Positions 9,604 through 22,106 of a stretch of DNA of 64,000 nucleotides are shown piece after piece. The DNA lies in assembly GCA_037447605.1 (NCBI GenBank), contig CM074814.1:248001-312000 (forward strand), given 5' to 3'. This DNA is from Zygnema circumcarinatum SAG 698-1b. Lineage: Eukaryota; Plantae; Zygnematophyceae. The translations under genes were made by a program, and so were the position numbers. The notes below the pieces were generated by a model. That model had not been told where the DNA came from and made no database searches. It saw only the letters and a list, made by a program, of their open reading frames with translations. Within the stretch, counting starts at the first letter, position 1, and each line of letters begins with the position of its first letter.

Positions 9604-12600
9604 ATGGCGGAGCTCCGCCTCTTTGAAGCGCTGCGCCTATGGCAACTTCCAGAAGCCTTCCTCCTGCAGCCCTTGCAGGAGCAGGGGGAGGGTGGGGGGC
9701 GCCTGCTCTCAATAAGCCGCCCGGACGGACATGTCTCTGTTGCAGGTGCTCTAAGGAAGCTCAACGCTAGGGTTTCAAGGGATAAGTAAGGCTTGAATGG
9801 TTAACATGCGGCTTTAAACTGGTTTCTAGTTAGCCTTTTAGGCTAGCTTTGGATGGTTGTGAAGGTGCAAAAGTTAGGGTTTCAGATGAACGCCAGCAGC
9901 AGCTTTCCTAGCAAGCATTGGTTGCTCAATGATATTTGTTCACTATTTGAAAAATGGAAAAAAGTAGTCTTCTGATCCTTAAGGGTCATTCATACTGCAA
10001 CATTTAGATTCTGTCATTAGTCAGCTCTTTTGAATCCAAATACCATTTTAAGCACTACAGACGAAAAATAATGAAGATATGAATGCCTTTTTGAATTTGT
10101 TTTGAGACCAGTGTCCGTTCTTCATTGCAGACTCTGTTCCGCAGTCTAAACCGGAGACCGTTCCGTTAACCGTTTACGGAGTGATGGGCGTCATAGAACT
10201 GCTCGCAGGTCAGCCTAGGATACGCATCCCCTCTTATGCGACATCCAAAACGATCATAAGTCCGGAAATTTTGAAAAATCCGGGAAACTTGAAAAACTCG
10301 GAAGTTGTCGAAAGCTTCGGAAACTCGATATATTTTCCAATTCATTAATCCACTTGCCAACTGTTTCAACCCCTCCTCCCTCCCTTCGTCCCCTCCCTCC
10401 CTTCCCCCCTTCCCCTCCCCCCTGCCCCNNNNNNNNNNCCCTCCCTCCCGTCCGCCCTCTCTCCAGGATCAGTACTCGTTATTACAGACCCCGAAGCTTA
10501 AAATAGGTGTGGAACCCGAAACCGTGAATTTCCAAAACCTTAATCTAGTAGCTGAGAACCTTAAACCTTGAATCCTTATCCGCCTGACAGGTAGAGAGGG
10601 AGGGAGTGTGCAGGCCCGTATTTGGTTCTCATTACCGAGCGGATGGAGGTGGGAGTCTACCGCAGTGCCAAGGTGTTTATGGTGCAGGCGGTCAATATTC
10701 TCGCCTGCAACCCTAATTCAGCAAAGCTCACACTTCGTCAGGTGGGTCCAATCAGTATTGATTGACTAGAATTTTTTATCTTTATTGTTTTCTTATTTTC
10801 CTGAACTTTATTCAATTCAACTATTAGTTCCGTTCCTAACTCCCTTCATCCGCTCCCCCCTCCCAAAAAAAGTCTCTTCTTTGAAACTTCCCTGCCCCCT
10901 ATCTCTCATCCCTCGACTTCCTCCCTCCTCTCTTTCTCACCTACACTCGCAGAAAGCCGATGAGGAACAGTATCTGAAAATGCTGGAGAGTGCGGTTCGA
11001 TCGACGGGACTCTATTTTTCGTACGGCACAGACATCACCACAAAGTGAGTCCATAGAAATGGAACAGCAGGAAATGGTTGAGTGAGGGAGGGAGAGAGAG
11101 AGGGGGTGGAGAGGGAGAGGGAAAGTGAGGGAGAGTGAGGGAAGGGGAAGGGACAGGGAGATGGTATTGAGAGGGGGGGAAGAGATAGGGGACAGGATGG
11201 GAGCTGGATGTATGGAAACGGGGGGAAGGGAAGAGGGAGAGAGGGAGGGAGGGAGAGAGTGGGAGGGAGTGAGCGAGAGAGAGAGAGAATGAGCTGTGTC
11301 CCTGTACTTCTTTTCTTTTTGGTGCTCCTGCTGTGTTCCTTTCGCTGCCGTTGAATTCATGAGAAATGTGGCGATTTGTTGGCTCAGCACTCAAAGAGTG
11401 TTCACATCCGGACCCGAGCGGAGGGCCCTTCCTTTGTGGCAGCAGGTGCTGATGCGTCTCTCTCTCTCTCTCTTTCTTTCTATTGCGCTGTTCTTTCTTC
11501 CTTATTTGCTCTTCCCTCTCTTTTCCACATTGCTCGCCTCTTTGTTTTCTCTTTATTTTTGTTTCACTCTCTCGCTTTCCCTCTCTGACCTAGGCTTCCA
11601 TGTCTGTAGGCTGACCTTCGTTTCCTATGGAATCGTCACCTCCTTGAGCCTGCTATCGGAATAACGGGGGTAAGTCCCCCCTTCCTATTGAAACAAAAGG
11701 AAGGGGAGGAGAAGCTCCGTGTTGCTAAATACGCTTCATGTTCATGCTTCATGTTTATTAAACTTATATCAGTTTTGGGAGGATGGGGTGCGATGGATTT
11801 TACTTTGGAATGGGGTTACTTTCAGACCGAGCCGTTCCTCCTTCCCATCATGCAAGGAAATATCCTTTCTATGTTTTGCTAAGCAGCCCCCCCCTCTACC
11901 CCCATCCACTTCAAATAAGATAAGTCTAGAGACCAAGATGGGCCGGAGAGAGGGGGGAGAGAGAGAGAGAAAGGGAGAGAGAGGGAGGGAAGAGAGAGAG
12001 AGAGAGGGAGGAGGGTTATGGAGAAGAGAGAGAAGAGAGCTTTTTTTCAAGGATTTTGATTCGTCAGATCTTTTGGTTGCCTTAACGGAACTGAGCACGT
12101 TTTCAAACATTTCCGTCGGAACTGAAATCGACCCCCGTTCAGATAACATTGGTTTCACGGAGAAGCATTTACCGGATAGGTGAGGGAGTCGTAAGATTCA
12201 TAAAAAAATATCCTCAATTTCTAAAAGCAAGGCAATTTCAGACTTGCTTGAATTCTTTCCTTCTTCGCCATTTTTTAGTATGTTAAGATTTTATCTTATG
12301 TTTTAGCGTGTTTCTCTGTTTTTTGATCCTGTTGATGTAGTCTTCTATCCCTCCACCGCTCTCATCTCTCCCTCCCTCTCTCCCTCCCACTCTCCTTCGT
12401 CCCTTTCCTGTCTTCCCTCTCACCTCCTGCCCATCCCCTCACATCCACCTTTTCGTCATCCTCTCCCTCCTTCCTTCCCTCTCTCCTTCGTTCCTTCTCC
12501 GCTCTTCCCAACCTTTCCTTACTCTCCCCTCTCTCACTTCTTCGCTTCCTCTCCTCCTCTCGTTCTCCTTTCCTCCTTCTCCTGCACTTTTCCTCCTTCC

Positions 12601-15600
12601 ATTCTCTCTCTCCCTCCCTCCCCCTCTCGTTTCTCCTCCCTCTAATAGATTCCGTTGAACGGTACGGCAGGCACTCGCATGTGGCGGAGGGGAGCGGACG
12701 GCGAGGGAGCGGTGGCCAACTTTGTGGAAACAGAGCAAATATTGGAAGTGAAGGGATACCTCGCAGCCTATGTGCAGGTGGGAGAGGGAGAGAGGGGCAG
12801 AGAGGACGGAAGAGGGACGGAGGAGAGAGAGAGGGAAGAGAGAGAGAGAGAGAGAGAGAAAAAGGGAGAGTGGGGCAGAAATGGAAGGGGGTTGGAGAGG
12901 AAGATGTGGGAGGACGGGAGGGAGGGAGGAAGGCGAGACAGGAGCGAAAAGGAAAGAGAGGAGCGGCTTTTTAAGAGTGGGAAGGAGAGAGAGAGAGGGA
13001 CCATCCTTTTGATCTCCACATAGTTCAAGCTTGTGATGCTCCATGTGTTCCGTTGCTCAGTTTTGGCCCGCCGTTTCTTTGCGCAGGTGCGAGGGTCCGT
13101 TCCGTTGTTGTGGGAACAAGTCGTCGATTTGAAGTACAAACCAAAACTTCGACTTCTGCAGAACGGAACGGTACGGAACTATGTCCTCAAGGAAAACTAA
13201 AAATATTCAACCCACATTATTATTATTATTGTCAACGGGAAAATAAAATTGTACTTTACTTTCACATTTGGTTCATGTGGTTTCGTGTTTTTAGGTCGAA
13301 GGAGCGTTTTTCGGGACCTTCATTTCCTTTTCAAATTTTGAGTGCTTTAGGGTTTCAAGGTTTCCTTGTTACATGGTTACAAATGTTAGGGCTGAACTGA
13401 ACTGAACTGAATTTTCTTTGGTTCGTTTTTTGCAGTCAGCATTGGCGAGACATTTTAAGGATCTGAAAGATCGATATGGGCTGGTCGTTGCCCTCGACTT
13501 AGTCAACCAGGTGACTGACCAAAGAGAAAGATAAATTGACTTCTTCAATTGCTTGCTTGCTTCTTATTAATGTTATATGTCTTTTTTTTGCTACGAATGC
13601 GCAGTACCTTGTATGTTTTGAAGACCCTTAAAAATGTATTTCTCATTTATTTTGGTTGCGGATCGATTGTTTTCAGAAAGGAAGCGAAGCGAAGCTCGGG
13701 TCTGCCTATGCAGATGGCGTGGAAGCTCTCAAGGATGATGCAATCAGGTGCTGCCACGTGTCACACCACTTCACGTCACGTCACAGTCTCACGTCACGTC
13801 ACGTCACGTATTTGATATTGTTTACTAGTAGAATAATAATAACTCCAAAACTCTCCTAAACTCTCCTGAACTCTTCTAAACTCTCCTAAACTCTCTTATA
13901 ATATATTTTGTAATGTTTTTTACTTGAATTTTTTTGATCAGATATGTGGCATTTGACTTTCACAAGGAGGTCGGACATCATCGGTTCGATCGAGTGCAGC
14001 TTCTCTACGACCAAGTGACGGAGGATTTGACGAAATTCGGGTACATATCCCATAATCTAATTTGAATAAAAATTTCATCATAAGGGTTGTTAGCCACCAC
14101 GGTTCGATTCTGAACCTCCCACAGACCCTACAAGAAGGGTTAGGATAAGACAAAAAAGTCAAGAAAGTCAAACCCGGCAAATCCGAGGCGGCCCAGAAAC
14201 CACGAGATGCTGATGTAGTTTCCAACGTTTGTGAGAGTGGTTTTTTTCAGGTTTTTTTTAGTGAAGGATGGGGAAAAAGTGAGGGAGCAGTTTGGGGTCG
14301 CTCGGGTCAACTGTATCGACTGCCTGGACAGGACAAATGTCACGCAGGTAAAGGGCCAGAGTTGGAATTTCAATTGAAAATTTAGAGATTTCCAAATTTT
14401 AAGAAGTTTGTAGCTCTTTTCAATTGCCATAGTGTTTAATAGTTTGTTTGTTTGTATGTTTGTTTCTTTTTTTTTTTTTGATTTTTGGATTCAGAGTCTG
14501 CTGGGCCGCAAGGCGTTGGAAGCGCAGCTTCGAACCGTCGGAATTTTTGGAGAGACGGAGAGTGTGATGGAGCATCCTGCTTTCTTCACAAAGTTCAAGA
14601 TTTGTGAGTTACTCAGGAGGGAGAGAGAGAGAGAGAGAGGGAGAGATAGAGTGGCAGAGAGAGAGAGCGGCTGAGAGAGGGAGAGACAGAGTGACAGAGA
14701 GAGAGCGACTGAGAGAGGGAGAGACAGAGTGACAGGAGGACGAGCGACTGAGAGAGGGAGAGACAAAGTGACAGGAGGGAGAGCGACTGAGAGAGGGAGA
14801 GACAGAGTGACAGAGAGAGAGCGACTGAGAGAGGGAGAGACAGTGACAGAGAGAGAATGGGGGAGAGAGAGAGGCGCGGGGCAGAGAGAGGTGGGGGAGA
14901 GAGAGAGAGTGACAGAGAGAGAGAATGGGGGAGAGAGAGAGGCGCGAGACAGAGAGAGGTGGGGGAGCGAGGAAGAGAGTGACCGAGAGAGAGAGAATGG
15001 GGGAGAGGGAGGCGCGGGGCAGAGAGAGGTGGGTGCGAGAGAGAGAGAGAGAGAGTGGAGAGAGGGGGGAGGGGAGGGAGAGGGAGAGGGGGCAAAAGGG
15101 AGAGCGAGCAGCAGGAGGGGATTCATGCTTGTTTGGCGGTCAAAGCCTCACATTTCCACGAAAATCAGGATGCTGACGTCATGATGCTGACATGGCAGTG
15201 TGGGCGAATCACGGTGATGACATCAGCAGGCAGTACGCGGGCACGGGCGCTCTCAAAGGCGACTTTGTTAGGTTCCTCCAAAAATACCTTTGAAAATGTA
15301 AAAAAAAAAGAAGAAGAAGAAAAAAAAAAAAGAGAGGCTTGTGTATTGAAGCCGCGATAATTTTCAATCCCAAATTCATCCCTCCCCGATGATGAATTTC
15401 ATAGTAGCCTTATTTGCACCCTATTTTTTTCCCCTGCCCGGATTGGCTTTGGGGGGGTCAGGTACGGGCAGCGAAGCTTTTCCGGTGTGCTGCAAGACGG
15501 CGTAAACTCTCTTTTACGATATTATTTTAATAACTTTCGAGACGGGCTCCGGCAGGTAAATGTTTTCTAAAACGGATCCCAGAAAACGTCTGAAACCCTA

Positions 15601-15650
15601 AAAGCCAAGAAAAAACCGACAGACTCCAAAAAAGAAAGGGGCGGGAAGAG

Positions 15651-15699
<49 letters not shown>

Positions 15700-15753
15700 C
15701 TCGTTCTCTCTCTCTATCTCTCTCTTTCTCTCTCGTTCTCTCTCTTTCTCTCA

Positions 15754-15786
<33 letters not shown>

Positions 15787-16867
15787 CCCCTCTCTCTCGC
15801 TCTCTCTCTCTCTCTCTTTCTCTCTCGCTGTAAATCCAAAGCAACTTTGGGGACCACCCTTACCACTTTGAACCATGTTTTGGAGCAGTCGCTGAGCGAG
15901 GCAAAAGTTGTGTTTGCAGGACGGGTTGGACCTCGTGACCGGTCACGTCACGGTGAACAAGTACGGCCTCTCTCCATTCGATGTGAAGGGCATTGACCTC
16001 TATGCGGTAGGTCTTCTCACTCTCCCACTGCCTTTCTCTCTCGCTCCCACGCTCTCTCTTTCTCCCTTTCTCTCTCTTTCGCTCTCCCTCACTCTTTCTC
16101 TCTTTTTCTCCCTCTCTCTCTCTCTCCCTGTCTCTTCGTTTCTCGCTCCCCTCGCTCTCTCTCCCTCTCAATGTTCTCCCCTTACTTTCTCCCTCTCTCT
16201 CTCGCTCTCCATCCCGGTCTTTCTCCCTCTATTTCTCACCCACTCCCTCGCTCTCTCCCTGTCTCCCTCTTTCTCGCTCCCCTCGCTTTTTCTCCCACTC
16301 TGTCTCTCCCCATCTCTCCCTCTTTCTCTCAGCTCCCCCCACCCCCACACGCACATTTTTTCGTCGTTTCATTTCCTCTCTCGCTGTGTCTCTCTCTCCC
16401 CCTATTCGTTGTTTCTTTGGCAAATTATACCCCATTGATTCTTCGATGGCTTCCCTTCATTTCTTAAGCAAATGCCATTTCCTTGTGCAGAGCCTTCCGT
16501 TAACCTTGGCGGTTCTCTTTGCCGGGGTCGGTATGGCGATCTATGCACTCACCCACGGTCAGTTTTCAGTTACAGACCTTTCCTCGTCCCTTTGTGTCGT
16601 ACCATGTATAGTTAAAAAGCGAAGAGAAGGATTATATTAAGCAATCGATTAATTAATTAAAAAATCAATTATTTTTACATGGGTTCTAACACGGGTTTCC
16701 ATGTCCCCCCCATGATGAGGGGCGCAGTTGGCCATAGGGCCCATCCGTACGCTGCAACGGTGGCAGTCGCATGGAGCCTGTTATCTTCAACGATCCTTTG
16801 GGCGTTCCATGTGTACGGACGGTACTTCACGAGCCGACCGCGGTTGGGAAAATTCAGATGGAATTGA
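9604..16867 (+). CDS. SAC1: SAC1-type phosphoinositide phosphatase (SAC6/SAC7-RHD4/SAC8 clade), 20 exons
   Basis: Exons 9604-9745, 10131-10208, 10614-10741, 10953-11044, 11388-11445, 11610-11669, 11826-11859, 12099-12179, 12671-12777 ([19 protein letters not shown]), 13087-13170 ([11 protein letters not shown]), 13436-13510, 13677-13747, 13942-14040 (FDFH), 14251-14347 (catalytic [15 protein letters not shown]), 14495-14603, 15199-15271 ([18 protein letters not shown]), 15462-15555, 15920-16006, 16491-16557 and 16728-16867 (C-terminal hydrophobic segments, RPRL). Confidence 0.95.
11860..12098 (+). other. U12-type (minor spliceosome) AT-AC intron of the SAC gene
   Basis: 5' site ATATCCTTTC at 11860, branch point GCCTTAAC at 12079-12086, AC at 12097-12098. 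Splicing restores [21 protein letters not shown], the conserved SAC sequence. Confidence 0.93.
14648..15040. repeat. Composite GA-rich minisatellite in a SAC intron
   Basis: About five copies of an approximately 38-bp unit (AGAGTGACAGAGAGAGAGCGACTGAGAGAGGGAGAGAC), then about three copies of a longer unit containing GAATGGGGGAGAG..GGCGCGGGGCAG. Confidence 0.8.
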
Positions 16868-17252
16868 GAGAAGAAAAGGAAAGGAAGGGAAAGGAAGGGC
16901 CGTTTTTATGGTTAAAGTTACGGAAAAATTTCAAGGTTTGGATGGAAAACCAGATGGTTGGTGGAAAGCGGTTCAATTTTTCGATCCTAGAGATCGTATT
17001 TGTTTCAAGTTATCTGCAAGTAAGGTTTTTGGAGGGATCTGAAATTATAAGAATCTGTTGTTTCTTTTTTCAAATAAAGGAAACTAATCTAAGGTAAACT
17101 TCATTTCAGAGGTTTGAACACGTCGAGCCGCCCTTTTGAACTCCGGAGATTCGATCGATGAAGAAAGCTCATTGAAAAGTGAACATGGGACCCAATTTGG
17201 GGCTTTTCGGGCTACCGAGAGACAATCTTGAGCTCGTTCTAGTTCAAAGTGA

Positions 17253-17620
17253 TCCGACGTGGCCCAAAAATGGTCATACGTGGACCAACGTTGTCCGACG
17301 TGGCCCGGAGTAGTCCGACGTGGTCCGACGTGGCCCAAAAATGGCCATACGTGGAGCAACGTTGTCCGACGTGGCTCGGAGTAGTCCGACGTGGCCCAAA
17401 AATGGCCATACGTGGAGCAACGTTGTCCGACGTGGCCCGGAGTAGTCCGACGTGGTCCGACGTGGCCCAAAAATGGCCATACGTGGAGCAACGTTGTCCG
17501 ACGTGGCTCGGAGTAGTCCGACGTGGCCCAAAAATGGCCATACGTGGAGCAACGTTGTCCGACGTGGCCCGGAGTAGTCCGACGTGGTCCGACGTGCACC
17601 AACATCGTCCGACATGGCCC
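17253..17620. repeat. Higher-order tandem repeat (71-bp and 61-bp monomers forming a 132-bp period) built from TCCGACGTGG subunits
   Basis: Order A-B-A-B-A: 17253-17323, 17324-17384, 17385-17455, 17456-17516, 17517-17587, then a degenerate tail. The 44-aa periodicity of the overlapping ORFs agrees with a 132-bp period. Confidence 0.92.
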
Positions 17621-19216
17621 GTTTTTGTCTATACACAGACCTTTTTTCGCCGGGCAGATTTTCGAATAGGCAAAAAAGGATTAAAAACAGAAAATGCTCA
17701 TTTCACACCTTTCTGGAATCGATACACACCTCGTTCCGTCGGACAGATTTTACTTTACCAATCCGCTCGGAGCGGAAGATCCGTCCGCCGCGAGATCGCT
17801 CGTGGGTGGCCGTCCTTCACACGTACGGTGAATATCCGCCGTCGATTATCTCGCAGACAGCACCACGGCAGATCACTGTTCGATCTGCAGCCGGGCTCGG
17901 TCCCAGCGAATGTAACGCGCCCATGTGTCCCGCCCAAGCCGGCCCAAAGGTCCGTACAAACGTCGTAGGGTCACAGCTTCGAGGAAAGGCGGAATACCGT
18001 ACATCGACTGTCATGACCAATCACAATTTGTCACGTCATAGGTGTTGATTGAGTTGAGAACCATGTACGGTATTCGCCTTTCCTCAGCTTCGGCTGTTGC
18101 TTCCACGGATTTTGTCGGCGGGCGAATTCTCGCTGGACTCCAGGCACCGGCAGATCGAATACACAAATGATGCTGTCGAACCGGCGGCGGAGATGAACGG
18201 TCTCCGTGACATCTTCGCTTCCGGCGAACCGGCTGAAACAAATCTGCCGGCTGGGACATGTATCGATGATGACGGCACTACCACTATTTTGTCTATTCAT
18301 CTGCCCGTGGAATATTTTGTCTTGACAAAAGATTAGTAATTTAGCACGACAGTAATATTTTCGCCATGGTTTCGGCAAATATTGGGTGAAAATATTGGAA
18401 TATTGGAATTTGCAAATATAAGTGTTACCAATAGGCGGGAGGTATTATGTTAGAGTTCATGTATGCCCGTACGTATCGTATCGTATTGTATCGTACCGTG
18501 TTTTTGGATACACGAGCTCCTATTGGTGCCGTACGTTTACCGTACGATTAAGAGATTCTATTCGTACTTACCGTACAGCGTAATAGCGTGACCCATGTTT
18601 GAAATCCGTTTCGATTAACAGATTTTGTATTGGAAAATAGGTCAGGTTAGGTTAACACCCCTAATACGTTAACACAGAGTTACCGTACAAAAAGGTGGTT
18701 TCGGCAAAATCGGGGCGAATTTCTTGGGGACGCACTGTACAGGGTGGAATATATTAAGGGGGTCTACTGTACAGTACTGTACTGTATCCCCAAACGATAA
18801 CGTACGGAAATCGAATTCTTTTGAGAAGATTTTGTCTTTCATATGACGTCAGCGATTCAAGCAGAGTGACATCACCTCCCACTGGTGAATTTACGACGAC
18901 GACCCTCAACTTGACCGCGTGACGTGACCTCCCGTCGTTCAGGGCCTTAAATATGGGTTGTTGGCTGACGTGGTGGACGAGTACACGCTGTCAACTCTGA
19001 TTCGCTGGAAAAGAATTGGGAAACGTTACATGAACCAATAGGATCGCCCGATTGCCCAAAATTTGCGGCTCATCTGCCACGTCAGCACTAGCGCAGAAAG
19101 GACAACCAAAAATCCACTTGGCCCTTCGGCTCTGAAATATTTTGACCAGAAAAATGGCAGTCGTGTGGCCGCCCTGGAGCCTGGGGAGCGGTTTTCGGCA
19201 CAAACGACAGGAATCC

Positions 19217-22106
19217 GTACGGAATTGTTTGTCTCTAAAAGTGAACGTGTCGTTTTCCAATAAGTCAAAAAAGCATATCGCCACATCGCCATATCGCCAC
19301 CCGTATTGGCAATAACCAACAAAACCTGCCGGCAATGGCGAGGTCGATTGTGTACGGCATGTCCGCTGCCGCGGCGGAAAATTCTTTGACGGACCGGCAA
19401 GTCCTGCCGGTCAAATCCAATATGGGGTCGATATGGCGATATTTTGATGCCATATAAAACGACAAATCGTCGTTTAACTTCACCGATATCTTTGTCGCGT
19501 TGTTGCGTATTCAAACGAAACTTTTCTGTCGCATAAGTACGGTACTTTGTCGCATCTGTCAACTTACCATTCAGTTTGCCGAATTTGTCAGAGCAAGAAC
19601 TGTACTGTGAAAGAGGTACTGATTCTCAGTAAACGAACGAAAAAACGTTAATCAGGATCCGTACTATCCCAAACGGAGATGACTTAGATAAAGAAACCGT
19701 TTTTGGTTTCAAATTCCAATCAGAAATGTCTGAGAACGAGTGCCCCAAATGCTGCGCCGGCACTGCGAAAAACTAAATTTTCCCGTAAGTCAAGTTTGCG
19801 ACAGGATTGACCCGGCAATGATTGTGGAAAGAAAGTCTTTAGTCGGGCAGGAAAACAAATTCCTGCCCGTTGACTTAGCGATTGTTAAAATTTAGAAAGG
19901 AAAAATCTAAATTTGATGCAAAATCTCATATACCATAGTTTGAATATGGACTAGTTTTGAAAATTGCTTTGGCGAAATTTTGACCTGCCACGTGAATTTT
20001 TTATTTCAAATAACGAAAGTTTGCGGTCAGAAATACGGAAATAACTACTTTTTGGGCCTCCATATACCGTAAAACTGCCCCCCCAGAACGTGGAGAATTC
20101 GAAAAGGCCGTTTCCGTACGGTACCCGCAGGGCCGGCGGCTGCGCGCGAGGCCAGCGAGAGGGAGGGCGAGGGAGAGGGAGTGGCAGAGAGGAGAGGAGA
20201 GGAGAGGATTGGAGAGGAGAGGAGAGGAGAGGAGAGGATAGAAGAGGAGAGGGAGGGAGAGGGAGGGAGAGGGAGGGAGAGGGAGGGAGAGGGAAGGAAA
20301 GGGAGGTAGAGAGAGGGAGGGAGGAGTGGGGAGAGAGGGAAAGGGAGGGAAAGGGAAGAGAGAGAGGGGAGGGGAGTGACAGCTGAAAGTGAAGACCGAA
20401 CCAGCTAGAAAGATGGAATTGGTGATGAGAAGGTTGCACTGAGAGTGAGGAGAGAGAATAGAGAAAGAGGGAGAGAAGAGAGAGAAGAGGGGGAGGGAGT
20501 CATGGCTTTGACTTTGACACGATTTGCAACTGCCTGTCTGGCGCTGCTGCTCTCCACTTGCGTTCCCTCCCACGGCAACCCAAATGAAGGTGAGAGGCCT
20601 CCTCTTTCTCTCCCTCTCCCTCTCCCTTTCCCTCTCCCTCACCCTCTCCCTCTCCCTCTCCCTCTTCCCCTCACCCTCTCCCTCTCCCCCTCCCCCTCCG
20701 CCCCCCCCTTCNNNNNNNNNNGTACGGAATTGTTTGTCTCTAAAAGTGAACGTGTCGTTTTCCAATAAGTCAAAAAAGCATATCGCCACATCGCCATATC
20801 GCCACCCGTATTGGCAATAACCAACAAAACCTGCCGGCAATGGCGAGGTCGATTGTGTACGGCATGTCCGCTGCCGCGGCGGAAAATTCTTTGACGGACC
20901 GGCAAGTCCTGCCGGTCAAATCCAATATGGGGTCGATATGGCGATATTTTGATGCCATATAAAACGACAAATCGTCGTTTAACTTCACCGATATCTTTGT
21001 CGCGTTGTTGCGTATTCAAACGAAACTTTTCTGTCGCATAAGTACGGTACTTTGTCGCATCTGTCAACTTACCATTCAGTTTGCCGAATTTGTCAGAGCA
21101 AGAACTGTACTGTGAAAGAGGTACTGATTCTCAGTAAACGAACGAAAAAACGTTAATCAGGATCCGTACTATCCCAAACGGAGATGACTTAGATAAAGAA
21201 ACCGTTTTTGGTTTCAAATTCCAATCAGAAATGTCTGAGAACGAGTGCCCCAAATGCTGCGCCGGCACTGCGAAAAACTAAATTTTCCCGTAAGTCAAGT
21301 TTGCGACAGGATTGACCCGGCAATGATTGTGGAAAGAAAGTCTTTAGTCGGGCAGGAAAACAAATTCCTGCCCGTTGACTTAGCGATTGTTAAAATTTAG
21401 AAAGGAAAAATCTAAATTTGATGCAAAATCTCATATACCATAGTTTGAATATGGACTAGTTTTGAAAATTGCTTTGGCGAAATTTTGACCTGCCACGTGA
21501 ATTTTTTATTTCAAATAACGAAAGTTTGCGGTCAGAAATACGGAAATAACTACTTTTTGGGCCTCCATATACCGTAAAACTGCCCCCCCAGAACGTGGAG
21601 AATTCGAAAAGGCCGTTTCCGTACGGTACCCGCAGGGCCGGCGGCTGCGCGCGAGGCCAGCGAGAGGGAGGGCGAGGGAGAGGGAGTGGCAGAGAGGAGA
21701 GGAGAGGAGAGGATTGGAGAGGAGAGGAGAGGAGAGGAGAGGATAGAAGAGGAGAGGGAGGGAGAGGGAGGGAGAGGGAGGGAGAGGGAGGGAGAGGGAA
21801 GGAAAGGGAGGTAGAGAGAGGGAGGGAGGAGTGGGGAGAGAGGGAAAGGGAGGGAAAGGGAAGAGAGAGAGGGGAGGGGAGTGACAGCTGAAAGTGAAGA
21901 CCGAACCAGCTAGAAAGATGGAATTGGTGATGAGAAGGTTGCACTGAGAGTGAGGAGAGAGAATAGAGAAAGAGGGAGAGAAGAGAGAGAAGAGGGGGAG
22001 GGAGTCATGGCTTTGACTTTGACACGATTTGCAACTGCCTGTCTGGCGCTGCTGCTCTCCACTTGCGTTCCCTCCCACGGCAACCCAAATGAAGGTGAGA
22101 GGCCTC
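19217..22106. repeat. Tandem duplication 19217-20601 = 20722-22106 across an N-gap (probable assembly artefact)
   Basis: Offset 1505, no differences seen. The second copy starts at the first base after the Ns at 20712-20721. It duplicates LRR-RLK exon 1 (20502-20589 and 22007-22094). Confidence 0.9.

Noticed and set aside
10467-10509. Extra SAC exon after the N-gap
   Set aside because: It has a stop in the required phase, and exons 10131-10208 and 10614-10741 already join to give the conserved [12 protein letters not shown].
17253-17620. CRISPR-like array or repeat protein (ORFs of 100-239 aa)
   Set aside because: There are no unique spacers or cas genes and the context is eukaryotic. The ORFs are open on both strands simply because the unit lacks stop codons.
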